A stretch of DNA of 64,000 bases from Octopus sinensis (GCF_006345805.1 NC_043002.1:75578001-75642000); one strand, 5' to 3'. Counted from the first letter of the stretch, positions 25,180 through 39,590 are shown. Numbers and translations: made by a program. The notes: generated from the sequence alone by a model not told the origin.

Positions 25180-25934
25180 TATATTGGTTTCCACTTTTAG
25201 TTTTCATGTGTTGATAAAACTTACTCTCTCTGTAATCACAACTATTGCTATTGTTACTCCTATCCCTATGACTATTACCATCACTCCCACCATCAACACT
25301 ACAATTACTACCACTACCAACAACACCATCAACACCCCTACGTTTACCATCATTGCCACATAACATTTTGAAATACTTTTGTTTGTTTTTTTTCTTTCTT
25401 TTTTTTTACTCCATTTTGAATATTCAGTTCTTGAATATCTCACCATCGCAGTATCATCACCCTACTTGATCACTCTCTCTCTCATGCTCTCAGTGAAGCT
25501 TTTTGTTTACAGTCATTGATTGAGCTTTCATTTTGCTCTGATATAATGTGTAGCATATTCCCCTACTTCCTGAACAAATGTTGTCTAGTATATCTACAAC
25601 AAAACTGTGTTCAGTAATGTGAATTCTGTCCAAATATATACATAATGTAATGTGATGTGATCCAATGCTTCCTAACAAATCGGATCATTGGAATATTCAC
25701 TGATATCTTCCAGCTTAATAGAGCTTATATGTCTTCACTTTGTAGCCGTTCCACATACATATATAATCACACACACTTAAATGGTCACATCACTGATGTG
25801 TTTCCAATATAAAGAGCTCATACTTTTTCAGGTTACCAGCCATAATTAGACTCTTACACATAAAAATGATCTGATGTCCTCCAGCTTCATGTGATTCATA
25901 CCTCCTCAGTCTACAGTCAAACTATTACACGTGC

Positions 25935-26156
25935 AAGGAGGTGCTGAAAAGTTCTTGCCTATAAGGGTCACGGGGAAAGGCCTGGTTGGAGGCCCAGCCT
26001 TCTGAGTTCTTTTACAGGTCTTAGAAAAACTGAAGGGCCGCTACAATAAGTGTGCAAATCTGAGAGGAGAATACATTGAATAAAATCCTAATTAACTGCT
26101 GATCCTCCTGTATTTTCTTTTACCCAAAGCCAGGAAATTTTTAGCACCCCCTCATA
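25935..26156. mobile_element. Tc1/mariner-type MITE
   Basis: TIRs gaggtgctgaaaagttcttg / caggaaatttttagcaccccctcata; opposite-orientation copy at 51022-51238. Confidence 0.8.
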
Positions 26157-27489
26157 GTCTGATAATTGTGCCAGTGATTCGTTATTCATCTTAAAGTTAT
26201 TTAGCATGCAGGCAAAATAAATTACTAATGACCAAGATATGAAACTCTCCCTTTTGTGCTTTCATTTTAGGAAGACTACAATTTACTAAGACTGTATTTA
26301 CAAAGACTGCAGTCAAAAACTGTTTGTTATATAGACACAACTGGAGGCTATTTGTATTTAATGCTAAAGTACTTCTCAATTTCTTGTCATCTCATTACTC
26401 TCTCTCTATTTATCTATCTATCTATCTATTTATCTATCTATCTCTGATCTGTCCATTTTCTTTTAAATTACCAATGGCTAAGGTTTTGGCCTACTGTTTA
26501 CAAGGCCTTTATGTTCTATCCTATGAGCTGCCAGCTGCCCCCAAACAGTTTAGTTCTGTCTTCTAAATAGGTTTCTTAGCCCTTTTGATACCAACCCTTT
26601 CAAGATTGCCCCTAGTTCTACAAAGTTCCTGTCAACAAAATTCATTCACAAAGCTTTGATTGGCCTGAGGCTTTTGTAGAAGACGCTTACCCAAAGTGCC
26701 ACACACTGGGACCGAACCCAAAACCATTTGACTGCAAAGAAACTTCTCAACCACACAGTCGTTTACACCATATAGATAATCTTCTGAGGAATGCTTCTGT
26801 TGTAATCAAATGTTATTTCCTGGATATCCCCATAATATCATATGTGATATCCTTTAGAAAATTAGGTTTATCTTTGTTTTAGTTTTATTTATTTGTTGGT
26901 AGTATGCTAATAGAGAGCACGTTTCACTGAGTAATCCTATATTTGATCAGCTATTGTTTTACCACTTCGGGGCTAGACTTATAGAAATATTGGTTGGATG
27001 GGACTGTGAGGAGAGAGAGAGAGAGAGAGAAAGAAAAGGAAGGAAGGAATGGTTTTAGGCAGGTGGATATTACTGTGAGTGTGTATGTGTGTAAGATGTG
27101 AGAAAAATTAATACACCCGAGAGTGATGTCTACTGGAGGCAATACAATGATAAAATCAACAACAGCAGAAATCAACAATCTATCATGAGTTATCAGCATC
27201 AGTGATCAGACAAAAATCTATCAACCACCACCACCAATGCCGCCATCATCATCTTCACCATTGCCGTCATCTCCCAACAGCAATAAATTAATCAGCCATG
27301 ATTAGCTCTAATAATAATGATAAAAATTAACAATAACAACAAAAATAATAATAGCAATAATAATAATAATAATATAATAATAATAATGATAACGATGATG
27401 CAAAATCAGAAATCAATAAACTGCCGGCATCCCTATTACCATTGCTAACATCAGCACCAGTAGCTACAAAAATCAACAGACTGCTTGGT

Positions 27490-27872
27490 ATATGTACATA
27501 CATAGATGTGAATGTGTACATGTATATATATACACACACACACATATTTGTATAGACACATATATACATATATATATATTTATACATATATACACAAACA
27601 TATATATATATACATGCATATATACACATACATATACATATATATATATATACATGCATATATACACATACATATACATATATATACACACAAGCACATT
27701 CATATATATATATATATATATACACACACATATATATATATATATATATACATATACATGTATAATTACATACAATAACAATAAATAAAAGCAGAAGCAA
27801 CAACTACTACTACTTTGATATTTTCTCCAGTCAGTTGTTAAATAATGCATGTGTGTGTGTATACATATACAT

Positions 27873-27925
<53 letters not shown>

Positions 27926-27942
27926 TATATATACATATATAT

Positions 27943-27973
<31 letters not shown>

Positions 27974-27990
27974 CATATATACACACACAT
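27490..27990. repeat. Compound (TA)n/(CA)n microsatellite
   Basis: Direct reading. Confidence 0.95.
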
Positions 27991-28513
27991 ATATAATCTG
28001 TTTTTTTCCCTCCTTTTGTCATAAAGTTTCCTATTATTACGAAATTTAAATTTTATTCCTTCAAATAAAGAACTAAATAAATAGTGGATTTTAATCTTGT
28101 ATATTATTAACCCTTTCATTAAAAGAGGCCTGTTTCACTCCCTCTACACCGTCCTTATTTGAATATAAACATTTGTGTATGTGTACGCATGTACATACAT
28201 ATGTATGTATTTATATAAGTATGTATGTATGTATGTATGTATGCGTGTGCTTTCTCTCCATTTTTCTATTGATTATTCCTTGATATTTTTTTTTCTCTTG
28301 GTTGTTTTAATTCTGACAATAAGTTTACTGCCAATTCCTACAGTTGACAAATCACCGTGTTATTGTCTTGGAATTAAAACGCATATTGCTTCAATTTACT
28401 AGCATGTATATGCATGCATGTGTATCTGTTAATGCAATATGTTCATATATATATATATATATGTGTGTGTACATGTATGTATGTATGAATGTATATATGT
28501 GTGTGTGTGTGTG

Positions 28514-28555
<42 letters not shown>

Positions 28556-29894
28556 CACACACACAGATGTGTATGATGTGTGCCTAATAAATAAATATAA
28601 TGAAATGGATTATAAAAATACAATAAACTGATAAAATATATGGAAAAAAGCAACCTAAAACAAAACCAATGCTAACTACAACAACAACAACAAGAATAAT
28701 AATAATGACAGAAGTTTACCAATATATTTGCATTACTGGCTTCTCCTCCTCTCCAACTTTTCTACTACCTCCTCCTCCACCTCCTTCTTTTGCTACTCCT
28801 ACAACCACTGCCGTCGTCAGCATCACTGCTACCACTTTCTCTGTCTCCTCCTCTCCCAGCCCCGGCACCATCCAAATCTAATAGAAAGTACTGGAGATAT
28901 CTGTAAAAATGGAACATATTCTTTTGATGTATTGATCACTGTTTTGTTTAAACCAATGCCAGCCACCCATTCACCCATCCACTCACATCGTACCAGAAAC
29001 AACAACTCCTCCCCCACCATCACCATCACACACACATACACACACATTCCGTTTTCCCATCACCACCACCACACACACACACACACGTATACATACATTT
29101 TCATTTGTGTTTGCATTGGAAAACATTTAAAAAAAAAAGTCAACAAAATGAAACAAAATAACAGACAAACAAATAAATAAAAGTATAAGTATTGAGAATA
29201 AAAATCAAAAATCGATAAAGCATGAGTGCTTTTCAATGTGTCGAGCAATTAATTGTACATTTTCTTGTTAACTACAGCACAACCATTTTTGTAATCTAGA
29301 GGCATATTTTAATATATTGTAAGGAATTCTTTCCTTCTCTCTTTCTTTTCCTTTTTTTTTTTTGCTTATTATTTGGTTTGTTTTGGATTTCCTTCTTTCC
29401 TTTCTTGTTTGTTTGCATTGCTTTATTTTGGGGGTATTTTTGTTTTCTTTTGTTTTTTTTTTTTCACATTTATTTAATTATTTATTTTATTTTTGTCATC
29501 CATTCCCACACCATCCTTTGGTATTTTTTTTTCAAATTCCTTTATTTGTTTTTCCAAAAATACAAAAAAAAAAAAAAAAAAAATAAACAAAAAGTTCTTG
29601 TGTAGGATATTTGTTTTGAAACTGCAGTATAATCTTATTCAGTCCATAGTTGCTGCTGTGGGTTGAAATCTCTATTTACCCTCCCTGACTTTTTCCCCCA
29701 CCCATCCCACCTCCACCTATTCCCCCTCATCTCTCGCTCTCTCCCTCTCTCTCATCAGTATGATTCTCAGGAGATTAATTCCTGAAATTTATGATGATAT
29801 TGTTACTCAACGTTGCACTGGTGTGTATAAATCTTGGTAAGATTACACTTGATGTATACACACATACATATATATATGCCTGTTTGTGTATGTA

Positions 29895-29954
<60 letters not shown>

Positions 29955-30321
29955 TACAACACACAAACACACAGAGGCATATATGTATATATATGCGCAC
30001 ACATGTATATGTATGTGTACTCACATGCACGCATGTACATTCAAAACGTACATCTCTACTTAATAACATCGTCAATGCAAGCAGATGTACATGGAGGGTA
30101 GATGTGCAATGAATTACACAGCCATGTACACATACGCACATGTGCACACACACAAACACACACACACACAAGCACTCCCATGTATCTATAGGCATATGCA
30201 GATGTGTAAAGGACTACCAGATATACCTGAGGGAGTCATGTAAAAGAACCATGTTTACAAATAGTTTTGTTGGCTTTTAAAGATAAAGTTTGCTGAAAAA
30301 TAGCCAAGAAATGTGTGTATG

Positions 30322-30356
<35 letters not shown>

Positions 30357-30639
30357 GCGGTGCCATTTGAGAGTTCTGGGCTGACAAAAGTATTTGGTTT
30401 AAAGATTAAGTGGTTTGGTTTAAGATTATTAATTATGTGTTTGTTATTAGTTATTTGTTTTTCTTCTTTTGCTTTCCTCTTTTTTTTTTATTTTCTTCCG
30501 CTTTCTTTATCACATTAAAAATTGGTTGAAATATTTGCTCAAAATGTACTTGGGAGTATCTATGAGGTGGTCTCTTTGAATTTTCTTTTCTTTCTTTTTT
30601 TTTTGTACCAATTGACTTTTCCATTCTTGTAGCAAGAGC

Positions 30640-30875
30640 CAGTGAAATATAATAATAATAATAATAATGATAATATAATAATGGTTTCAAATTTTGGTAC
30701 AAGGCCAACAATTCTGAAGAGGTGGTACTCAACTGGTACTTCTTTTACTGACTCTGGAAAGATGAAAGGCAAAGTTGACCTTGGTGGAATCTGAACTCAG
30801 AGCATAAGGATAGTTGAAATGCTGCTAAGCATTTTGCCCAGCATGCTAGCGATTCTGCCAGCTTGCCACCTTAAA
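30640..30875 (-). mobile_element. Family B SINE
   Basis: caaattttggtacaaggcc...gatgaaaggcaaagttgacc...ttctgccagcttgccacc. Confidence 0.85.
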
Positions 30876-31897
30876 TAATAATAATGATAATAATAATTAT
30901 AATAATGACATTCCTGTAATAGGCACAAGACCCAAAATTTGGGCAGGAGGGGTTCAAATTTTCATCAAATCACATCTTATTGTCTTGATGAAATATATAT
31001 TGCACAATGTAGCCTCCTGACTTAAAAACAAATGGTATGGTCACAACTGGAGTGCTTTTGATCATAGGCCGACTTCATCCTGAAAGACCTGGGGCTACAA
31101 AATAATAACAACAGAGACTCACATTTTCATGGATCTCACCATTTTTGGATGATGATTTCCATCTTAGAGAAAGATCATAGCCACTTTCTTATTTCATTTT
31201 GTCCTGTGTTTGACTCATAAATAAAAATATTTTAATTTATCATGTCTAACTTTTTCTAATTATTTTACTGTGCTACTTTTGATACAAATTATCTCATTGA
31301 AATCAATCGTGATCAGAACAGTCCACCTTGAAATCTTTTCTCATTGAAACACTGCGCTAAACTACCAATATTTTCACTGTTTCTTGAGTCAAGAGTCTAC
31401 CATTTCTTTAGCTGGAGAAAAACAAAACCTTTTACATTTGCTTCAGTGGTGCTCCAGAGTGGCCTTGGTCATTATAGTTAAAGCATAGTAAAGAAACTAA
31501 AGAAAGCAGTTGTTTTATCAATACCATGGCAAGTACAGTGAGGGCTATGTATTGCTGTCAAGGTCAGAATAAGACAGAAACATACCCAGAGTTGTCATCT
31601 TTATTTGGTTGAAACATGAAAATAATGTTTAGTTAGTGACTCATATTGTTTTTAGTTTTGTTTTTCCTCACCACTTTTCTGTTTTTAATTAGCTTTTTTT
31701 TTTCTTTTTTTGTCCCTTGTGTGATATATGTTGACATTAATTCAAACTTAAACTTTGCATCACTCCCCACATCCTTGTTTACACATTATTAGATATACAA
31801 CAGGTTTCATAACCGGAACCCAAGCCATGTAGACTCATAGGTCTGGTTTCTTAGTTTCAACAGTGTATACATTTTCCACCTGGATGAGACACCAGTC

Positions 31898-32290
31898 TCT
31901 TTACTTTTTTACTTGTTTCAGTCATTTGACTGTGGCCATGTTGGAGCACCACCTTTAGTTGAGCAAATCAACCCCAGGACTTATTCTTTGTAAGCCTAGT
32001 ACTTATTCTATCAGTCTCTTTTGCCGAACTGCTAAGTTACAGGGACATAAACACACCATCAGTTGTCAAGCGATGTTGGGGGGACAAACACAAACACACA
32101 CTCATTTATATATATATATATACACAACGGGTTTCTTTCAGTTTCTGTCTACCAAATCCACTCACAAGACTTTGGTCGGCCCGAGGCTATAGTAGAAGAC
32201 ACTTGCCCAAGGTGACACGCAGCGGGACGGAACCTGGAACCATGTGGTTTGTAAGCAAGCTACTTACCACACAGCCACTCCTATGCCTAT
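31898..32290 (-). mobile_element. Family A SINE nested inside a family C SINE (31810-32450)
   Basis: Family C sequence stops at ccagtctc and resumes at ctctcgcagg after the family A head. Confidence 0.85.
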
Positions 32291-33299
32291 CTCTCGCAGG
32301 ATTATTCATGTTTGCCAGCCAAGTGGACTAGAGTAATGTAAAATAAAGTGTTTTACTCAAGAACACAACACATCACCTGGTCCAGAAATCCAAACCACAA
32401 TCTTATGATCATGAGTCCAACACTCTGACCACTAAGCCATGTGCTTCCACCTCTCTGTCTCTCGTGGCTGAAAAGAAAAGAAGAAATAAGTGATTCGGGA
32501 ACAAGTAGATAAAAATTAAATCATTTCTTTTTTTTTTTTTTTTTTAATTTCTCTATATTTTTAATCTCTCTATATTTTATCTTTAGAACTTTTTTTATTG
32601 TTTCTTTATTTTTAAGTTCAGTTTTACAAAATTCTTCTTTTCTGGTGGATAGTGAAGGTGGTGGTGTGACAGTGGTAACGGTGGGTTCCAGTTATTCCAG
32701 AGGGCCCCCAAATTTTATCTTGTTTCTCCTGTATCCATATGTATGTTGTCAGATGAATGTCTCCATATTAATCACATTTACAAACAAATGCAGAGAGAGA
32801 GAGAGAGAGAGAGAGAGGAGTGTCATTGATTTCTGTAGTCTTATTTATAATTGGTGTAGTAGCAATAGTTTTACATGTATTTTATTAGGTTCATTTAAGC
32901 AGGAACATTTAGAGCTTTCTGCAAGACACAAATGAACCTTGAAACCTTTGCTTACTAGTATCTGATGGTCAATCACTTCTCCACGTAACACTCCCCTTCT
33001 TCTTCTTCTCCTCTTTCCTCTCGTATTTCTCTCTCTAACAATTCTCTCTCTCTCAAGTTCTTCCTTCTCCATCTTCTCCTTTCCTTCTTCTCTCTTCAAT
33101 GCGTTCTCCCTATGGACAGTTCAGTAAACATTTTCTATGTATTTAAGCACAGATAAAGCTATATCAAACTACTTTCTTATCTTTGCTGTGTGTCTACTGT
33201 AACATTTTTGACTAATGCCCCCCTCTTGGATTGTTCAAATATTGTACAAATAATAGATCCAATTAGTAAGTCTTATGCTGAAACATTGCTGCAAGTACA

Positions 33300-33456
33300 G
33301 AGATAAGAGGGTGAGTGTGTGTATATGTGTTTGTGTGTGCATGCGTGCATATTTACAAGATTGTGTTATATATATATGTTTCAATTCAAATTTGTAAGTG
33401 TGCTTCTACTTGTTCTAATGTGTGTGTGTATGTATGTGGGTGTGTGTATATATGTG

Positions 33457-33517
<61 letters not shown>

Positions 33518-33717
33518 GTATTTATAATATGCATGTATTTGTATACGTATGCATGTATAGGCGTGCAATATGTGTATTCTTGTATGTATATGCATGTGTG
33601 TGTGTATATATATACATATATATATATATATGTGTGTTGTGTGTGTATATATATATATTTATGATATGCATGTATTTGTATATGTATGCATGTATAGGTG
33701 TGCAATATGTATATTCT

Positions 33718-33761
<44 letters not shown>

Positions 33762-33780
33762 TGAACATATATATGTATGT
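33300..33780. repeat. Compound microsatellite with an internal ~60-bp duplicated unit
   Basis: tatgcatgtatttgtata..tatgcatgtatagg.gtgcaatatgt.tattcttgt near 33528 and 33666. Confidence 0.85.
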
Positions 33781-33982
33781 GAGTGTTTCTGTTTTTGCAC
33801 TTTACTAAATTTAGATCTAGATGTGAATATGATTTTGTGAAATGAAGTGTGTATGTGTCAATGTCATATTTATCTCTATGCATTATAAGCCGTATGTATA
33901 AATAACTGTGTATTCATAATCATACTTATGCATACACGTATATGTGTGTGGTGTGTGTGTGTGCATTTCTGTATTCCCAAAG

Positions 33983-34079
33983 ACTTGTGAAGTGCAAATG
34001 TCATATAAGACATCTTTACCGAAGATATTTTGTTTTGCGCCTGGAGATTCTGTCGAGAGACCATACACAGATCCCACTT
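33983..34079 (+). CDS. Candidate exon TCEVQMSYKTSLPKIFCFAPGDSVERPYTDPT (competes with minus-strand exons)
   Basis: gcatttctgtattcccaaag| acceptor, actt|gtgagt donor. Confidence 0.2.
34020..34076 (-). CDS. Candidate 57-nt phase-1 symmetric exon GSVYGLSTESPGAKQNIF
   Basis: gttccactcacaag| acceptor, ttcg|gtaaag donor; in frame with the microexon 116 nt upstream. Confidence 0.3.
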
Positions 34080-34192
34080 GTGAGTGGAACTCTCATTAGA
34101 AGACACACAGACACCAAACTTTCTACTTGGCTTGTTTGATCTTGCTTTCTAGCAATATGCAGTGTGTAATGGTGAAAGCAAACCTCACTTAC

Positions 34193-34215
34193 TGCTGTCG
34201 TCAACTCGATCGTCT
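34193..34215 (-). CDS. Candidate 21/23-nt microexon (DDRVDDS)
   Basis: gtgtttgttgcaacag(ag)| acceptor, gca|gtaagt donor; three CpGs in 21 nt against a CpG-poor background. Confidence 0.35.
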
Positions 34216-34409
34216 CTGTTGCAACAAACACATGCACGCACACATACACACGTATGCACTCACAATTACATGTGGAGGTATGTATGTTTCTGCTAATTAC
34301 ACATTCACTTTATCTGTCTGTCTGTCTCTCTTTCATACACACATGCACCTAAACCCTCTCTCTACTTGGAGACACAGTTACAGATAGTAACTAAGAGATA
34401 TATGTTTGC

Positions 34410-34870
34410 ATCTTAGGTGGAACATTACTGCAGAAAATTATTGTTGTTGTTATGTTTAGTTTAGCACTATATATTTTTGTGTTCAAATCCAACTCGGGTT
34501 AATTTTGCCTTTCATCTCTGAAGGGTCAATGAAATAAAGTACCAGTTATTGGAGTTGTTGTAATAAACTTACCCACACTTAAAAATTACTGGTTCTATGT
34601 CTGCCTAAAATCAAATGCAGTAAGCAGGCAGAATCGTTAGTGCATCAGAAAAAAACGTCTTGCAGTGTTTGTTCTAGCTCACTATGTTCTGAGTTCAAAT
34701 CCTGCCAAGGTTAGTCTTTGCCTTTCATGCCTCTGGGGCTGGATAAATTAATGTACCAGTCAAGAAACTGGTGTTGATTGCATTGACTCATTCTCATACC
34801 ACACCTACCAGTATTTCAAGCCTTGTGCCTTTGTTGAAAACTATTATCAGTGAACTGGCAGAATTGTTAA
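34410..34870 (+). mobile_element. Two family B SINEs plus a third head, interrupted by a family A head (34872-35040)
   Basis: Repeated ttcaaat..tttgcctttcat..gtaccag; cagtgaactggcagaattgtta runs directly into caggtgtggctgtgtggtaag. Confidence 0.75.
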
Positions 34871-35051
34871 CAGGTGCAGGTGTGGCTGTGTGGTAAGAAG
34901 CTTGCTTCCCAACCACATGGTTTTGGGTTCAGTCCCACTGCGTAGCACCTTGGGCAAGTGTCTTTTACTAAAGCCTCGTGCCGACCAAAGCCTTGTGAGT
35001 GGATTTGGTAGAAGGAGACTGAAAGAAGCCCATCATGTGCGGGCATGTATG

Positions 35052-35104
<53 letters not shown>

Positions 35105-36168
35105 GTGTGTGTGTGTGTGTATATATATATATAGTTCCACTTGATTGGCACTTGTGCCAGTGGAATGTTAAAAGCACCATCCAAGCATGACCATTGCCAG
35201 GGCAGGTAAAAAGCACCATTCGAGCGTGATCGTTGTCAGTGCCGCTGGACTAGCTCCTGTGCAGGTGGTACATAAAAAACACTTTTTGCTCTCGGAGTGT
35301 TGGCATTAGGAAGAGCATCCAGCTGTAGAAACTTTGCCAGATCAGATTGGAGCCTGGTGCAGCCTTCAATAATATAATCACTTCAACAGTAGGGTCGATG
35401 TAATCATGTTCCTTTCCTGTAAAAAAAATTACTCGCTCTGTGTCCAAATTTGAAACCGTTATCATGATTATTTGTGTGGTGGATGGTAGAGTCAGTGGAG
35501 CATCGGATGATTAGGTTTCTTTATGTTCTGTGCTCAAATCTTGCTGAGAACAACTTTGTCTTTGCTTCTAGATTCTGTCAGATACTTGTAATATACTAAT
35601 ATCAATTCAAGCAACTCTGCTCTCTTGCCAGATTGTGGCCTCTTGCCTATGTCAAAAATTATTCCATTTTTTAGATCTTTATTCATGGTTTGGAAATTAA
35701 ACCACATAAGGTTTTCTTAGTAACATTTTATTGACTTTTGATACAATATTGTTAGTTTTTATTATTTTTATTCCTGGAAAATTATCTGAATTGAGTGTGT
35801 GTGTTAATATGTGCTGTTTCTTTTTTTTTTTCTTTTCTTGAGGTAGTGGAATGTGAGGTGAAGAATTAACTAATATCTGTAGTTGGTTAAGCAATCACAG
35901 AGGCTCACAGTTTCAACACCATAGAGGAAAAGTCTTCCACTACTTAAATGAACTTTCTGTCTTAGAAAATGCCAATGCACAGATCCCATGGAACTTTAGA
36001 ATACGAAAGGATCACTGTAGGACCTTTCCTTTAAGGAGTTAAAACTTCTTACTTCTTGGAGCTTGCGTGATTGCTTGACCTACTGAAATATTAATAAAAT
36101 CTTCCTCAATTCACATTCCATACTTTTATAAAAAAAAAAGGAAGGGTAGAGAGTGCAAAGTAACTCAC

Positions 36169-36243
36169 CCACTTCTGGAAATGAGAATGGTCATGAATGG
36201 AATGTCTCTCCTCACACATGTGTACCAGATCTGGGTTGAGGAG
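36169..36243 (-). CDS. Candidate 75-nt symmetric exon LLNPDLVHMCEERHSIHDHSHFQKW
   Basis: gctgttgtttag| acceptor, tgg|gtgagt donor. Confidence 0.2.
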
Positions 36244-37357
36244 CTAAACAACAGCACCAGCTCCATGGCACTCAATAATCCTCTACCCACCACCACCACC
36301 ATCACCTCTTCTTGGAAAATATATGTAGGTTCGCATTGCAATATCACAGTTTAACTTGTAAATAAGTATCATGGGCAAGTTCAGTTTATTGCTGTAAATG
36401 GCAATAGGGGTGTTGTATAGCAGAGAAATGTTTCATTAGCATTTTTTTTTTTCAAATGCTGAAATCAAATCCACCCCCTGGGGCAAAATCTGTAATAGTC
36501 TGCCATCCTACGCGAGGGGTGAAGTGCACCTCAGCTGCTTAATGCTTTGAAAGCTGGGATAAGCCCCAGCATAGCAACATCACCTTCTAGTAATAGTTGT
36601 GGATAAAGAGAAGGATGATGACGATGATGATCCAGTGATAGGGCAGTAGTAAACTATATCAGTGATTATGGGTGATGATGGGATGTGAGTGGGCATATCA
36701 TTCTGCAGTATGTTAGGGTTGGAAATGGTAGAAATGAATTAGATTAGGATAGTGAATCATAATGACATCTTTCATGGCACTCTGTTCCCCTCTTGGGTAA
36801 TATCCATTTCAAATAACTGTCTAGACCTTGCCTCTGGGGATCACCCCGACCCATTGCTTTAATCTCTACACCTTCTCCAAGAGAGGCACCTGTGCTTTTC
36901 TAACTCACTTTCCATTGGCATTCCTTCAGATTTTGTTGTTTGTTTATTTCTCTCTTCACCTCACACACACTTCCTTGTTATTACGGTATCGAAATTACAC
37001 TTTAGTTACAAAACATCATCATCATCATCATCATTGCATTCAAGAACATTCTGAAGCACGATCATTTTCCTTATATTTTTCTTTATTATTCTTTTTTTTC
37101 TTCTTTTTGGTGTTTTTATTTATGTATTATCTATACAAACCTGTATGTGTGTATTTATATAGACATACATCAATACATAAACAAACAGCAAAATGTGTGT
37201 GTGTGTGTGTGTGTGTAGGTTTTGTTGACTTTTCTGGGTTTTTTCTTTATCTTCTAAGTTTTTTTATTTAATTATTTATCTTTTTTTTATCTGATAATTT
37301 ATCTTGTTTATTCTTTGCATTGCAAACTGTTAAGGTGTGCGTGTGTGTGTGTGTGTG

Positions 37358-37414
<57 letters not shown>

Positions 37415-37443
37415 GCGTATATACACATTACATATGTAAAGTG

Positions 37444-37478
<35 letters not shown>

Positions 37479-37504
37479 ATGTAATGTGTATATACATATG
37501 TAAA

Positions 37505-37569
<65 letters not shown>

Positions 37570-37589
37570 TTTATGTGTCTATTCTAAAG

Positions 37590-37621
37590 CTGGAAACTCT
37601 TCTAAACAAACTCTTCAACAA
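37590..37621 (+). CDS. Candidate 32-nt exon [10 protein letters not shown]
   Basis: gtgtctattctaaag| and caa|gtaaac; phase-compatible with 33983-34079. Confidence 0.15.
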
Positions 37622-38375
37622 GTAAACACTTGACTGGGAAAAGAATGGGCTGTGATAGGTTGTGGTGAAGATGGAGAGAGAGAAAGAGAGGGAAAAGAAG
37701 GGAGCGAGATATTTATATAAAAACAAAATGTAATTTGCTGCTGCTAGCTTTCTTAAAATTATTAATATTATTATTTTTGTTGTTGTTTGTTCATCCATTT
37801 TTTTTTGCCTGCCGTTGCCAAGAAGTCTACTTAGACCAGATACATGCTATTGGTACTTAGTATTTAGTGTTTTCAGGGTTATGAAGCATTTACAACTGAT
37901 ATGAAGGTATTCATTCATTCACTTACTCACTTCTCTGAGATTCTGTCTCTCACTTCACTTCTCTAGATGGCAACTAATTGAAAATAACAAAAAAAAAAAA
38001 AAATGAAAAAAAAAAACATGCAAATAAAAATTACAAAAATTAAAATATTGATTGATCCGAGAAGAGCTGGTGGTGTTGTCTTGTTCAATAATATTTGAAA
38101 TAATAATCAGAAAAAGAAGAAAGAGCAAAACAAAAATTTAAGGAAAATGAAAAATAAATAAAAATAACATTAAATATAATAAAATAAAATGTATGAGGTG
38201 GAAAGTGAAAGGAAAGCAGTTTTTCCTCTTTTTTTTTTTATAATGCCCCCACAAAAAAAAATAATTAAAATAAATTTTCAATATTTCCACTAAAGAATGT
38301 TAAGTGCTTCGACAGGTTTTTTTGTCTTCTTCATCTGACTTTTGATTATCATTATTATTATTATTATTATTATTA

Positions 38376-38412
<37 letters not shown>

Positions 38413-38600
38413 GTTGATGTTGTTGTCGTTGCTGCTGCTGCTGTTGATTTTGCAGTTTAAACATTTTTCTTTTCTAATCATTGATAATATCTCATCCTTG
38501 TTAAAAAATAAATAAATCAATAAATAAACAGAATGAAATAAAAGAAAGCTGGAGTTGTGTGTACCTTTTCCCCCCTCCCCTCCATCCTCCTGTCTTCATC

Positions 38601-38635
<35 letters not shown>

Positions 38636-39199
38636 CTTTCTCTGTGTCTTTCTCCCTCCTTGTTTCTGAAGTAATTATTTAAACCATTCATTTGGAGCTT
38701 TCTTCTGGTGGTGTCTTACAGACTTTGATATTTATTAAGATGAAGTGGTTGAAAATGTAATTTAATTGTTAGTCAGCAACAACAGAGTACTAACAACAAT
38801 AGTTGAGAGAATCTCTGGAATCAAGAGTGGGGAGACAGAGACTGACAGACAGACAGACGGACAGACAGACAGACAGGAGGTTGAAGTATTTTTTAAAATA
38901 TGTGATGAAACAAAAAAAAAAAACCAGATAATTTTTCTCCTTTTGTTTTTGTTTTAATTATTTAAAGATTTTTTTGTTCTTTGACTTTATTATTTTTTTG
39001 TGTTAATAAATCTTTTGTTCTTTGCTTGATTTTAAAATAGGAAAAAAAATTCTGTTAGGTTCTGCTTCATCAATGACTCTTTTTTATTATCTTTTATATA
39101 TTTTTTAACTACTTTGACCCATCTCACCCTGCTGTCCCCCCTCCACACTCACCTACGCACTACTTTTAGTTTGCTTTTAATTAGTATGGTAACAACAGT

Positions 39200-39590
39200 T
39201 CTATCTCTCACTCAACACTTGCTTGCAACAGTCAGGTGTTGACATAATATACTGGATGATAAAACCTTTGGATTTTCTTCTGGACACTCTTAGAATATGT
39301 CTTCTTATGGTTGGGTTCCAACCCAGGCTGCAGCAACAAAGTCCACCTACCACACCTCCTAGTCCATCATCACTGCCTAAAGGTCCCAGATACTTTCCAG
39401 GCCAGTGTCTGCAATTAAGTTGTCGATGTAAGTCTGATGACATTTTCCTCTTCTTACATCACATTGAACTGGGTTCCACAAGAGTAATTTGGATACTTCC
39501 AGCTCAGGGTGGCACATGCAAGTGACAACTGTCTTTGCCTGATCTTCTCACTAACTTTCAACTGGTCTCCATAAAGGCATATGTTCATCA
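39200..39590 (-). mobile_element. RTE-clade LINE, decayed 3' ORF fragment
   Basis: Minus: [21 protein letters not shown] / frameshift / HPELEVSKLLLWNPVQCDVRRGKCHQTYIDNLIADTGLESIWDL*AVMMD, the RTE C-terminal LYG..IR.R.L..AGH..R.RG...TY.D pattern. Confidence 0.8.

Noticed and set aside
36440-36580. GC-rich hairpins as an HDV-like ribozyme
   Set aside because: Could not build P1/P3/L3/P1.1 in the required order; only isolated 4-6 bp stems.
39223-39525. 100-aa plus-strand ORF with QQQSPPTTPPSP
   Set aside because: Antisense to a decayed RTE LINE ORF.
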